From contig JAKRSG010000046.1 in NCBI GenBank assembly GCA_022402405.1, positions 1 to 42,776 on the forward strand: a stretch of DNA of 42,776 nucleotides, read 5' to 3'. How positions within the stretch are numbered: position 1 is the stretch's first letter; each line of letters opens with the position of its first letter. Source of the DNA: Bacteroidia bacterium (lineage in GTDB: Bacteria; Bacteroidota; Bacteroidia; UKL13-3). Of the stretch, positions 1 through 8,993 are shown piece after piece. The position numbers and the translations under genes are program-made. The notes under the pieces were generated by a model, which worked only from the letters and a program-made list of their open reading frames with translations, ran no database searches and was not told the origin of the DNA.

Positions 1-2
1 TA

Positions 3-1163
3 GAAGCAGGTGTAGATGTAATTGATGTGGCTTTAGCTAGCATGAGCGGACTAACCTCACAACCTAATTTTAACTCTATTGTAGCTATGTTACATGGCAC
101 AGAAAGGGCCAACAAAATGAACCTTGGCTCATTAAATGCCTTCTCTAATTATTGGGAAACTGTAAGAGAATTTTATTACCCTTTTGAGCATGAATTAAAA
201 GCAGGTACAGCAGAAGTATATAATCACGAAATACCTGGAGGACAATATTCCAATCTTAGACCACAGGCTAGAAGCCTAGGTTTGGAAGACAAATTTGAAA
301 CCATCAAAGAAAATTATGAAGTGGTTAATAAGATGTTTGGCGATATTATTAAAGTAACTCCTTCCTCCAAAGTAGTTGGTGATATGGCCTTGTTTATGAC
401 GGCCAACAATTATACAGAGAAAGATATATTTGAGAATGGTGAAACCATTTCATTCCCAGATAGCGTAATTGAATTATTTAGAGGCGACCTAGGTCAGAAC
501 CCCGGAGGGTTTCCAGAGAAACTTTCTGCTATTATTTTAAAAGAAAAAACGGCATACAATGGCAGACCAAATGAGCATTTAGAGCCAATAAATTTTGATA
601 AAGTATTTGAGGAATTTAAACTGCAATTTGGAGATGATTATTCATTTTTAGATTGCTTATCTTATTTATTTTACCCAAAAGTATTTAGCGATTACGCTCA
701 AAAACGCAAGGAATATGGCGATTTATGGCACATCCCAACACCAAATTTTTTCTATGGTTTAAAGAATAATGAAGAAACATTAATTGAACTTTCACCAGGC
801 AAAAACATTTTGATAAGAATGCTAAATGTAACTGATGATGGAGAGGGTAAAAAGCAAGTATTTTTTAGATTAAATGGTCAAACCAGAAGTTTAGAAGTAC
901 TTGATAGAAGCTTTAAGCAAACAAAAGTTCTGCGAAGAAAAGTAAATCATACAAACGAAATAGGTTCACCGTTGCAAGGTAGATTATCAAAAATTATAGT
1001 AGAAAAAGGACAGAAAGTTGCCAAGAACTCTGCATTGTTTACCATTGAAGCTATGAAAATGGAGAACACAGTTGTGGCTGTAAAAGAAGGAAAAGTTGTA
1101 GATATTTTGCTAAAAGACGGCGATTTGGTGGAACAAGATGATGTAGTTGTAATTATAGAATAA
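3..1163 (+). CDS. pyc: Pyruvate carboxylase, C-terminal part (carboxyltransferase end, tetramerisation region and biotinyl domain); 5' end lies outside the window
   Basis: The reading frame is open from base 3 (EAGVDVIDVALASMSGLTSQPN...). It continues through the PC/oxaloacetate decarboxylase-alpha-like region and ends in a biotinyl-lysine motif (EAMKMEN) inside a lipoyl-like fold. Confidence 0.9.
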   Translation, partial: EAGVDVIDVALASMSGLTSQPNFNSIVAMLHGTERANKMNLGSLNAFSNYWETVREFYYPFEHELKAGTAEVYNHEIPGGQYSNLRPQARSLGLEDKFETIKENYEVVNKMFGDIIKVTPSSKVVGDMALFMTANNYTEKDIFENGETISFPDSVIELFRGDLGQNPGGFPEKLSAIILKEKTAYNGRPNEHLEPINFDKVFEEFKLQFGDDYSFLDCLSYLFYPKVFSDYAQKRKEYGDLWHIPTPNFFYGLKNNEETLIELSPGKNILIRMLNVTDDGEGKKQVFFRLNGQTRSLEVLDRSFKQTKVLRRKVNHTNEIGSPLQGRLSKIIVEKGQKVAKNSALFTIEAMKMENTVVAVKEGKVVDILLKDGDLVEQDDVVVIIE

Positions 1164-1165
1164 AC

Positions 1166-1618
1166 ATGAAAAAGAATATTATATTAAGCTTAGTAATACT
1201 ATTTATTACCAGTGTAAATAGTGGAGCCTTATCAACTAAAAAAACGCTTTCAATAGACAAATTTAAATCTATAAAATTAGTACTTATAGAACAAGAGGAA
1301 GCTTGGAATAAAGGCGATTTAGACGGCTTTATGAAACATTATTGGAAAAGTGAAAATTTGCAATTTGTATCTAAAAACGGAATCCGAAAAGGCTGGCAAG
1401 CTGTTTACGATTCGTATCAAAAAAACTATACCTCAAAAGGTGAGATGGGAAAATTAAGCTTCTCTATTTTAGATATTCAAAGTATCGACAAGAAAAATGC
1501 TCTCGTAAATGGCAGCTGGAAAGTGGAAAATAAATCTGGAGTTCATTCTGGTTTCTTTACGCTTTGGTTCAAAAAAATAGAAGGTAAATGGCTTATTGTA
1601 ATGGACCATACAAGTTAA
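1166..1618 (+). CDS. Secreted SnoaL/NTF2-like (DUF4440-type) protein
   Basis: ATG lies 2 nt after the pyc stop. There is an N-terminal signal peptide (MKKNIILSLVILFITSVNS). The EEAWNKGDLDGF...W...GKWLIVMDH pattern is typical of the NTF2-like fold. Confidence 0.6.
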   Translation: MKKNIILSLVILFITSVNSGALSTKKTLSIDKFKSIKLVLIEQEEAWNKGDLDGFMKHYWKSENLQFVSKNGIRKGWQAVYDSYQKNYTSKGEMGKLSFSILDIQSIDKKNALVNGSWKVENKSGVHSGFFTLWFKKIEGKWLIVMDHTS

Positions 1619-1640
1619 TTGATTATTTTCGGACCCAATC

Positions 1641-3059
1641 ATGAAATCTAATCTATTAGTATTTAAACACAAACAAGTTTGGGCACTGCTTTTATTTATA
1701 GTTGCATTTGTTGCATTTAAATGGGATTCCCTTTTTCTACCTTATTTTTGGGATGAAGCATGGGTTTATATGCCAGCCATTCGAACTATGGCAGAGAGTG
1801 GCCCAAGTGTAATGCCAGCAAGCATCCACCCAGATTTGTATACGGGTCATCCCCTACTCTTTTATTTTATGTCGAGTGCCTGGATAAAATTTTGGGGTTA
1901 TAGTCATTTAGTTGCCCATAGTTTACCAATGCTTATTTCTGTAGGCTTATTATTAAGCATGTATTTTGTGAATTTAAAATGGAGCGATACTCATAACCAC
2001 GCATTATTAGCCACTATGCTGTTAGGGTTTCAACCAAATTTCTTAACTCAAAGTAGTTTTTTACTAATAGAGGTATGGCTTGGATTATTATTTTTATGGT
2101 CGTTTTACTTCTATTTTAGCAAGAATTGGATTGGGTTTAGCATTACAATAATCCTTGCATTGTGGAGCAAAGAAAGCGCCTATTGTTTAATACCTGCTTT
2201 CGGGATTATTGCCATATCAGAACGCATTTTAGGTAGCATAGACAAAAAAACATTACTAAAAAGATTTGCAGGGCTGATCCTACTTTTTATCGCTGGATTT
2301 AGTTTCTTCTTCATTCAAAAATATAAGTTAGGATGGTACTTTTTTCCTCGTCATGCCAACTGGATTACCTTGGCAGATTTTAAATGGAAAATGGAGGTAG
2401 CTTTTGGTTCTTATTTCGTTTCAGATGCTAGGTCGTTTATATATGCTGCATTTGTTCTATGCATACTTATTTGTTTCTTTTTAGGATATAAACTACAGCC
2501 AAAGCAACGATTAATCATTTTTGGAAGCTTTATTTTTACGTTTGGATTTATGGTATTTGCATCTATTAACTTTTTTTCATCCAGATATTTATTAGGTGCA
2601 CATACGTTGTTATTTAGCAGCGTATCTATGGTTTTATTTTTAATACCCAATAAAAAATTTCAAGTTGCACTGCTAATAGTATTTCCATTCTTTGGAATGA
2701 ATAACATCGACAATAGTTTACGAACTAAAAACTTTAGCGATGTTGATTTGAGTTATAAATATTTGGTTCAAGCCGAAGTAGAGATGTGCCAATATTTAGA
2801 GGAAAAAAAATATGAGGAAAAGATTCATGCACCCTTTTTAATGTTGGTTAATTTAACCAATCCTTATTCTGGATTTGTAAAGACTGGCTTTACGAATATT
2901 TCTGGTAATGTATTAAGCAATAACAACAAATATTATATAAATGTGCCAAACGAACCAGACCCAGTATTTGACTCAATAAAAGTAGCTTTGAACCTACAAC
3001 TTGAGCACAAAACTGAATGCAAACAAGCTTGGGTGGAGTTATATAAACGACCTGATTAA
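1641..3059 (+). CDS. Polytopic membrane glycosyltransferase, GT-C fold (ArnT/PMT-like)
   Basis: At least 10 predicted TM helices. An acidic DE motif sits in the first extracytoplasmic loop (YFWDEAWVYMP), followed by a C-terminal soluble domain. Confidence 0.55.
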   Translation: MKSNLLVFKHKQVWALLLFIVAFVAFKWDSLFLPYFWDEAWVYMPAIRTMAESGPSVMPASIHPDLYTGHPLLFYFMSSAWIKFWGYSHLVAHSLPMLISVGLLLSMYFVNLKWSDTHNHALLATMLLGFQPNFLTQSSFLLIEVWLGLLFLWSFYFYFSKNWIGFSITIILALWSKESAYCLIPAFGIIAISERILGSIDKKTLLKRFAGLILLFIAGFSFFFIQKYKLGWYFFPRHANWITLADFKWKMEVAFGSYFVSDARSFIYAAFVLCILICFFLGYKLQPKQRLIIFGSFIFTFGFMVFASINFFSSRYLLGAHTLLFSSVSMVLFLIPNKKFQVALLIVFPFFGMNNIDNSLRTKNFSDVDLSYKYLVQAEVEMCQYLEEKKYEEKIHAPFLMLVNLTNPYSGFVKTGFTNISGNVLSNNNKYYINVPNEPDPVFDSIKVALNLQLEHKTECKQAWVELYKRPD

Positions 3060-3403
3060 TAATTCAGTAATTCGTTTATTGTTTGTTTCATTTGATTAAC
3101 TTGTGTTTTGGAAACACTGCCAATCTTTTCAATAAATCGCTCTTTTGAAATACTTCTGATATGAATAGCCATAACTTCAGATTTTTCAGTTAATCCGTTT
3201 TGAGGATTTGGCTCCAGAACTAAGTTTCCTTTATAATTTTTAAGTTTTGTGGTAAGCGGACAACAAACTAAAACGGGAGCAAAATCATTGGCTAAATTAC
3301 CGCTCAAAATCAATACTGGCCTATAACCAGCCTGCTCACTTCCGCGTGTTGGATTTAGATTTACCATCCAAATATCACCTTGTTTGAATTGCTTTTCTTG
3401 CAT
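3056..3403 (-). CDS. mazF: MazF/PemK-family endoribonuclease toxin
   Basis: GDIWMVNLNPTRGSEQAGYRPVLILS plus CPLTTK motifs. I chose the ATG at 3403. The track ORF start at 3463 is a TTG that would overlap the antitoxin gene. Confidence 0.85.
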   Translation of the reverse strand: MQEKQFKQGDIWMVNLNPTRGSEQAGYRPVLILSGNLANDFAPVLVCCPLTTKLKNYKGNLVLEPNPQNGLTEKSEVMAIHIRSISKERFIEKIGSVSKTQVNQMKQTINELLNY

Positions 3404-3413
3404 AAACAATAGC

Positions 3414-3650
3414 TTATTCGCCTGCGATTTCTCTACAATAATAATCCATACCTTCCTCGGCAAGCACCATAATGTCTGTATCCTTAACCATAGCCTTGTA
3501 TGACTGTATATATTCTGCCTTGTTAAGTTGTTCTATATACAATCGAAGTGCCTGTTCAATAATCTTATTTTTGGGCAAACTCAAATGTTTAGACTTCTCT
3601 GCCAAGCTTTGAAGTAAATCATCTGGAAGTGTACTGGTGAAGGTGCTCAT
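3414..3650 (-). CDS. Ribbon-helix-helix (CopG-like) antitoxin
   Basis: 78 aa, ending 10 nt upstream of the mazF start. The N-terminal beta-strand plus two-helix pattern (FTSTLPDDLLQSLAEKSK...IIEQALRLYIEQL) is followed by an acidic C-terminal tail. Confidence 0.65.
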   Translation of the reverse strand: MSTFTSTLPDDLLQSLAEKSKHLSLPKNKIIEQALRLYIEQLNKAEYIQSYKAMVKDTDIMVLAEEGMDYYCREIAGE

Positions 3651-3672
3651 ATTTATAATTATATTTACAAAA

Positions 3673-3680
3673 CAAAAATA
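3673..3680 (-). promoter_or_regulatory. Candidate Bacteroidota -7 box (TATTTTTG) for the antitoxin-toxin operon
   Basis: The reverse complement of caaaaata matches TAnnTTTG, 23 nt upstream of the antitoxin ATG. No clear -33 TTTG. Confidence 0.35.
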
Positions 3681-3798
3681 TAAGAATAATTACAGATTAA
3701 AAATAAAATTATACTTCCAACTGAAAAACCTAGCCTGTTTAAAGCTTATTTATTCAATCAAGTAAAATATTTGTATACTTGAACCAAATATTTTTAAC

Positions 3799-4677
3799 AT
3801 GAGTACTGCATACGTTTTTCCGGGTCAAGGTGCCCAATTTGTTGGTATGGGAAAAGATTTATACGACAATAACCCAGAGGCCAAAGCTTATTTTGAGAAA
3901 GCTAACGAAATTTTAGGATTTCGCATTACAGATTTAATGTTTGCAGGTACGGATGAGGATTTAAAACAAACTCGAGTAACTCAACCTGCTATTTTTATTC
4001 ATTCGGTTATAAAGGCTATGTGTTTAGAAAATTTTAAACCAGACATGGTTGCTGGACATAGTTTAGGAGAATTTTCTGCACTAGTTGCAGCTAAAGCAAT
4101 ATCATTTGAGGATGGACTAAAATTAGTTTATGCTAGAGCTATGGCTATGCAAAAAGCATGTGAATTAGAAGCTTCTACTATGGCTGCTGTATTGGGTTTA
4201 GAGGACGAAAAAGTAGCAGAAATTTGTGCCACTGTTGATTCGGGTGTGGTGGTTCCTGCCAATTATAATTGTCCGGGACAATTAGTAATTTCTGGTAGTA
4301 TAGACGGAGTAAATAAAGCCTGCGAATTATTAAAAGCAGCTGGAGCCAAACGAGCATTAGTTTTGCAAGTGGGTGGTGCTTTTCACTCACCTTTAATGGA
4401 ACCAGCCAGAGTTGAGTTAGAAAAAGCCATTAACGAAACTCCTTTTAACGAACCTATTTGTGCAATTTACCAAAATGTAAATGCTAAAGCAGTTACACAA
4501 GTAAGCGAAATAAAATCTAACCTTATTGCACAACTAACCGCGCCAGTAAAATGGACACAATCTGTGAGAGAAATGGTTGCAAATGGCGCTACAGATTTTA
4601 TTGAATGCGGACCAGGCAACGTGTTACAAGGACTTGTTAAGAAAATTCATAAGGAAGCCAATACAAGTGCCGCTTAA
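3799..4677 (+). CDS. fabD: Malonyl-CoA:ACP transacylase
   Basis: Full-length FabD pattern: FPGQGAQ, active-site GHSLGEFSA, and GGAFHSPLM. Confidence 0.95.
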   Translation: MSTAYVFPGQGAQFVGMGKDLYDNNPEAKAYFEKANEILGFRITDLMFAGTDEDLKQTRVTQPAIFIHSVIKAMCLENFKPDMVAGHSLGEFSALVAAKAISFEDGLKLVYARAMAMQKACELEASTMAAVLGLEDEKVAEICATVDSGVVVPANYNCPGQLVISGSIDGVNKACELLKAAGAKRALVLQVGGAFHSPLMEPARVELEKAINETPFNEPICAIYQNVNAKAVTQVSEIKSNLIAQLTAPVKWTQSVREMVANGATDFIECGPGNVLQGLVKKIHKEANTSAA

Positions 4678-4688
4678 ATTGATAAAAT

Positions 4689-4724
4689 GTATCAGGTTAA
4701 CGATGAAATACGATAACCTGATAC
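4689..4724. terminator. Hairpin between convergent fabD and the VOC gene (candidate bidirectional terminator)
   Basis: Perfect 11-bp stem gtatcaggtta / taacctgatac with a 14-nt loop. It lies 12 nt after the fabD stop and 30 nt after the VOC stop. The flanking T-tract (gtttct) is weak. Confidence 0.45.
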
Positions 4725-4754
4725 GTTTCTAATCTATACCAATGCTTTTTGCTT

Positions 4755-5171
4755 TTAATTCAATTTTTCTATTATGATTTTATCCATCTGCATCAGTTCG
4801 TAAATTACATTTGTAGATGTTTTGGGATCATTCATAAGCTTATTTAAAATAGCGGGTACAACTTGCCAAGAAACCCCATATTTATCTTTAAGCCAGCCGC
4901 ATTTACTGTAACTTCCTGATTCGCCAAGTTTGTGCCAGTACTCATCAATTTCTTCTTGCGTTTCGCAAGGTATAACTAAAGATATTGCCTCAGAAAAGGT
5001 ATACTTTGGTCCGCCATTAAGTAACATTAAATAACTGCCTTTTATTTGCAATAAAACAGCCATTGGATTAGAAGAAATAATAATCGAATCCTTAAATACA
5101 TGTAGGTAAAATTCTGAAGCCTCTTGGATATCTGTTTGCATCCAAAGACAGGGGTAAATGTTGTTTTTCAT
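4755..5171 (-). CDS. VOC-superfamily protein (PhnB / 3-demethylubiquinone methyltransferase-like domain)
   Basis: CLWM...A..FY...F and YWHKL...CGWLKDKYGVSWQVVP motifs. The ATG shares one base with the stop of the upstream gene (TAATG). Confidence 0.7.
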   Translation of the reverse strand: MKNNIYPCLWMQTDIQEASEFYLHVFKDSIIISSNPMAVLLQIKGSYLMLLNGGPKYTFSEAISLVIPCETQEEIDEYWHKLGESGSYSKCGWLKDKYGVSWQVVPAILNKLMNDPKTSTNVIYELMQMDKIIIEKLN

Positions 5172-6175
5172 TAGTTTATATTTTTAGTTTTAATTACAAT
5201 ATCTTTAATAATTTCATCTAACTCCAAAGCAGAGCTTTCGATATGTGGCAAAAATGCTAATTTTTCGTCTAAAGTAGCATGGTCGTCTGATAGTAAGTCT
5301 ATTATTCCTAGAATTCTAGCTAAAGGTGCTCTCACCACGTGAGATTGAATCCAAGCAATCTCTCTAAACTTCTCATTTTGGGCCTCAATTGCTCGCATAT
5401 GTTCCATTCTAATGGTAATGTCGTTAGCTAAAATTATCTCTGCTTTCCGCCCATTAAAATCAATAATGTTTCCAATAATCTCCGAATAAATAGTTTCTCC
5501 AGTTTTCTTTAAATGCTTAAATACTTTTGGTTCATAATTTTTACCTGTGGATTTTATGGTATTAATAACCTCTTCTAACATCGCCAATTCATCTTCTGGT
5601 CGAATGTCTTTTATAGTCATATTCAAAAACTCATCATAACTATATCCGTAATGATTAATTGCAGCCTCGTTTACATCCAAAAAATGAAGTGTTTCTAAAT
5701 CATAAACCCACATAGGTTGCGGACTTAAATGAAATAAGTCGGAGTATTTTTGTTGTGATATTTTTAAATCTAGTATAAAGTTATTTCGCTCAATATTATA
5801 AAGTATACTTTTATATAATGTAGTAGAATTTAACTCCTCTTTCAACAAATAATCAGAAACCCCCATACTTAAGGTTTGTATAGCAAACGAAGCCTCTACA
5901 GAACCTGTAATTACTATTATTGGTATATTTTCAGAAACCTCTAAAATCCCCTCAATCAATTCCTCCATCCTTTTATCAGGTAAACTTAAATCTAGTAAAA
6001 TCACTTTTATTTCATCACGATATTCGTTTATTGTTTTAACCGCATCCTTGAATGTTCTGGCATTTATAAGGCCAGAAGAATTGACATAATTCTCCAAATA
6101 TTTTTTTATTAGAAAAAAGTCAACCTGACTATCTTCCACCACTAAAATTTTTGTGTTTGTAAGATCTTTTATCAT
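5171..6175 (-). CDS. Response-regulator receiver - PAS - HisKA (DHp) protein with no HATPase domain
   Basis: REC domain (KILVVEDS...ILLDLSLPD...IIVITG), PAS domain (WVYDLETLHFLDVNEAAINHYGY), and H-box SHVVRAPLARILGIIDLL. The protein ends about 60 aa later with no N/G1/G2 boxes. I chose the ATG at 6175; the track start at 6211 is a TTG. Confidence 0.75.
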   Translation of the reverse strand: MIKDLTNTKILVVEDSQVDFFLIKKYLENYVNSSGLINARTFKDAVKTINEYRDEIKVILLDLSLPDKRMEELIEGILEVSENIPIIVITGSVEASFAIQTLSMGVSDYLLKEELNSTTLYKSILYNIERNNFILDLKISQQKYSDLFHLSPQPMWVYDLETLHFLDVNEAAINHYGYSYDEFLNMTIKDIRPEDELAMLEEVINTIKSTGKNYEPKVFKHLKKTGETIYSEIIGNIIDFNGRKAEIILANDITIRMEHMRAIEAQNEKFREIAWIQSHVVRAPLARILGIIDLLSDDHATLDEKLAFLPHIESSALELDEIIKDIVIKTKNIN

Positions 6176-6359
6176 AGCTAAATGCGTAAAAAATTGTGGA
6201 TGTTTAACCAATTTTATTTCCTTTTACTAGTTCTTCTAATACAAATATTCAACTGCAATAAATATAATTACAACCAATTAAACAAATAAAACAGCAATTC
6301 GTAAAAATATTTTTGTCGTTTAACTATTAAAATTCGTTAAAATTTAAAATTGTTCGGCC

Positions 6360-6367
6360 TAATTTTG
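6360..6367 (+). promoter_or_regulatory. Candidate -7 box TAATTTTG immediately upstream of the GH20 gene
   Basis: Exact TAnnTTTG match. Its final G is 5 nt before the A of the ATG at 6372, which suggests a leaderless or near-leaderless mRNA. Confidence 0.4.
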
Positions 6368-6371
6368 TAAC

Positions 6372-7967
6372 ATGCAAATCCACAAACATCAAAAAATGAA
6401 ATATTTAAATATTTTTTTTCTATTCGTAATTTTCAATCTAAAGGTGTTGGCTCAGCCAGTATACCCCTTAATTCCATTTCCAGAAGAAGTGACAATAGGA
6501 GATAAACTTTTCAGAATATCACCTCAGACCAACATTTTGGCTGAACCAAAATTAGAACAAGAGTTAAAATATTTGAAGAGTTACATTTTGGAAAACCACT
6601 TATTTGTTGTTAATACATCAGCAAAAATTAATAATCGCATTGTATTAAGATTAAAAACAGATTCTAATTCAAATCCAGAAGCATATCAAATAACCAGCAA
6701 CCCACGTGAAATAATTATTGAAGCATCTCATCCAAGCGGAATATTTTACGGTATTCAAACACTCATTCAATTATTTCCAACAGGAAAATTTGGGTCAATA
6801 AAAATACCTTGTGTTCAGATTAATGATAAACCTAATTATACATGGCGTGGCATGCATTTAGATTGTAGCAGGCATTTCTTCCCGATTTCTTTTATTAAGA
6901 AGTATATCGATATGCTTGCCTATTATAAAATGAATAGCTTTCATTGGCATTTAACCGACGACCAAGGTTGGCGTATTGAAATAAAAAAATATCCTAAATT
7001 AACCGAAATTGGCTCTGTTAGAAAAGGTACCATGATTGGACATTACCGCGACCAAAAATATGATAGCATAGCTTATGGTGGATTTTATACTCAAAAGGAA
7101 ATTAAAGAAGTTATTGAATATGCACAAAAGCGTCATGTAAACATTGTTCCAGAAATAGAAATGCCTGGTCATGCAGTAGCTGCCTTAGCTGCGTATCCTG
7201 AATATTCTTGCTCACAAAAGCCTTGTGAGGTTAGCATAAAATGGGGTGTAGAAACCAATGTGTTTTGCCCAAGCGAGGAAACATTTGCATTTTTGGAGGA
7301 TGTTTTAAATGAGATAATGGATTTATTCCCGGGTAAATACATTCATATTGGAGGTGATGAAGTGCCAAAAGAGGAATGGAATAATTCTGCATTTTGCCAA
7401 CAACTCATGAAAGAACAGAAACTCAAAAATGCAGAAGAATTACAATCTTATTTCATAAGAAGAGTTGAAAAAATTATTCAGAAAAAAGGCAAAACCATGA
7501 TTGGTTGGGATGAGATTTTAGAGGGTGGCTTAGCTCCAAATGCAGTTGTTATGAGCTGGCGCGGAACCGAGGGAGGTATTGCTGCCGCTAAAATGAATCA
7601 TTATGTAATTATGACTCCTGGCTCTCATTGTTATTTCGACCATTATCAAGGTAAACCAGAAAGCGAACCTTTAGCTATTGGAGGATATACTCCGCTCGAA
7701 AAAGTATATCAATTTAAGGTTTGTCCGGATACTCTTAACGAAACTGAATCTAAATTTATCTTGGGCGCTCAGGGTAATGTGTGGACAGAATACATTAAAA
7801 CTTCCGAACAAGTGGAATATATGGCTATGCCAAGAATGGCTGCATTGGCAGAGGTTCTGTGGTCGCAATCCAGCAAACGAGATTATGCAAACTTTTTGGC
7901 TAGGTTAAAAAGTCAGGAACCGTATCTAAAAAACAAAAAAATTAACTACTCCAAAACTTCCCTTTAG
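6372..7967 (+). CDS. Secreted beta-N-acetylhexosaminidase, GH20
   Basis: HWHLTDDQGWRIEIKKYPKLT and HIGGDEV catalytic motifs with an N-terminal signal peptide. An alternative start is the ATG at 6396 (MKYLNIFF...). Confidence 0.9.
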   Translation: MQIHKHQKMKYLNIFFLFVIFNLKVLAQPVYPLIPFPEEVTIGDKLFRISPQTNILAEPKLEQELKYLKSYILENHLFVVNTSAKINNRIVLRLKTDSNSNPEAYQITSNPREIIIEASHPSGIFYGIQTLIQLFPTGKFGSIKIPCVQINDKPNYTWRGMHLDCSRHFFPISFIKKYIDMLAYYKMNSFHWHLTDDQGWRIEIKKYPKLTEIGSVRKGTMIGHYRDQKYDSIAYGGFYTQKEIKEVIEYAQKRHVNIVPEIEMPGHAVAALAAYPEYSCSQKPCEVSIKWGVETNVFCPSEETFAFLEDVLNEIMDLFPGKYIHIGGDEVPKEEWNNSAFCQQLMKEQKLKNAEELQSYFIRRVEKIIQKKGKTMIGWDEILEGGLAPNAVVMSWRGTEGGIAAAKMNHYVIMTPGSHCYFDHYQGKPESEPLAIGGYTPLEKVYQFKVCPDTLNETESKFILGAQGNVWTEYIKTSEQVEYMAMPRMAALAEVLWSQSSKRDYANFLARLKSQEPYLKNKKINYSKTSL

Positions 7968-7982
7968 AAGCAACATTTACTT

Positions 7983-8990
7983 ATGAAAATTAGCAGAAAA
8001 AAATTTATTCATAGCAGCCTAATTGCTGGCAGTGCATTAGGATTAAATGCTTGTGTTTGGCCAGCTAAACCAGAAAAAAATAAACCATCAGGTAGTATAG
8101 TTAACCAACCAATTGTTCTTTCAACTTGGAGATTTGGCATAGAAGCAAATGCCGAAGCCTGGAAAATTTTATCCAATGGTGGTTCTGCATTAGATGCTGT
8201 GGAAGCAGGTGTTAAAGTGCCAGAAGCTGATCCAAAAGAAAGAAGTGTAGGTTATGGAGGCAGGCCAGATAGAGAAGGAATAGTAAGCTTAGATGCCTGC
8301 ATCATGGATCATTTGGGCAATATAGGTTCTGTAGTGTGTTTAGAAAATATAAAACATGCAATTTCTGTGGCGCGTGCCGTTATGGAAAAAACGCCTCATG
8401 TAATGTTAGCCGGTAAAGGTGCTCAACAATTTGCATTGGAACAAGGATTTAAACTCGAAAATTTATTGGTAGAAGAATCGAAAAAAGAATGGGAAGAATG
8501 GCTCAAAAAAAATGAATATAAACCTATTGCCAATATTGAAAATCACGACACTATAGGCATGCTAGCATTAGACCAATTTGGCAATCTTTCTGGTGCATGC
8601 ACTACAAGTGGAATGGCTTTTAAAATGCGAGGTAGAGTTGGCGATTCGCCCATAATTGGCGCAGGATTATACATAGATAATGAAGTGGGAGGAGCTACCG
8701 CAACCGGCCATGGAGAGGAAGTCATAAGAATAGCAGGAAGCTCTTTGGTTGTTGAACTAATGCGTCAAGGCTATTCACCAGAAAATGCTTGTAAAGAAGC
8801 TGTATCTAGGGTAGTAAATTTAATGAATCGTAGAAATAAAAACATTAAAGATATTCAGGTAGGTTTTATTGCACTTAATAAAGCAGGTGAATATGGATCA
8901 TATTGCGTGCAAAACGGATTTAATTATGCTCTTAAAACTTCCAAAGAAGAGGTACTTATCGATGCCCCATTTCATACAAAAATATCGTAG
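7983..8990 (+). CDS. N4-(beta-N-acetylglucosaminyl)-L-asparaginase (glycosylasparaginase), Ntn hydrolase
   Basis: HDTIGMLALD autoprocessing site with Thr nucleophile. GDSPIIGAGLY and GGATATGHGEE motifs. Signal or lipoprotein-like N-terminus ending in ...GLNAC. Confidence 0.9.
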   Translation: MKISRKKFIHSSLIAGSALGLNACVWPAKPEKNKPSGSIVNQPIVLSTWRFGIEANAEAWKILSNGGSALDAVEAGVKVPEADPKERSVGYGGRPDREGIVSLDACIMDHLGNIGSVVCLENIKHAISVARAVMEKTPHVMLAGKGAQQFALEQGFKLENLLVEESKKEWEEWLKKNEYKPIANIENHDTIGMLALDQFGNLSGACTTSGMAFKMRGRVGDSPIIGAGLYIDNEVGGATATGHGEEVIRIAGSSLVVELMRQGYSPENACKEAVSRVVNLMNRRNKNIKDIQVGFIALNKAGEYGSYCVQNGFNYALKTSKEEVLIDAPFHTKIS

Positions 8991-8993
8991 ATT

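Noticed and set aside
3404-3463. N-terminal extensions in the ORF track that begin at TTG or overlap upstream genes (3463, 6211, 12179, 17461, 22799, 27517, 27731)
   Set aside because: In each case an in-frame ATG slightly downstream gives a sensible N-terminus (signal peptide or conserved first motif) and removes an overlap with the upstream gene. TTG starts were kept only where no nearby ATG exists (truB, ftsX, the sensor kinase).
7983-8060. Twin-arginine (Tat) signal on the glycosylasparaginase (MKISRKKFIHSSLIAGSALGLNAC)
   Set aside because: The motif is SRKKF, not SRRxF. Without the RR pair I cannot claim Tat export. A Sec or lipoprotein signal with the Cys at the end is equally consistent.
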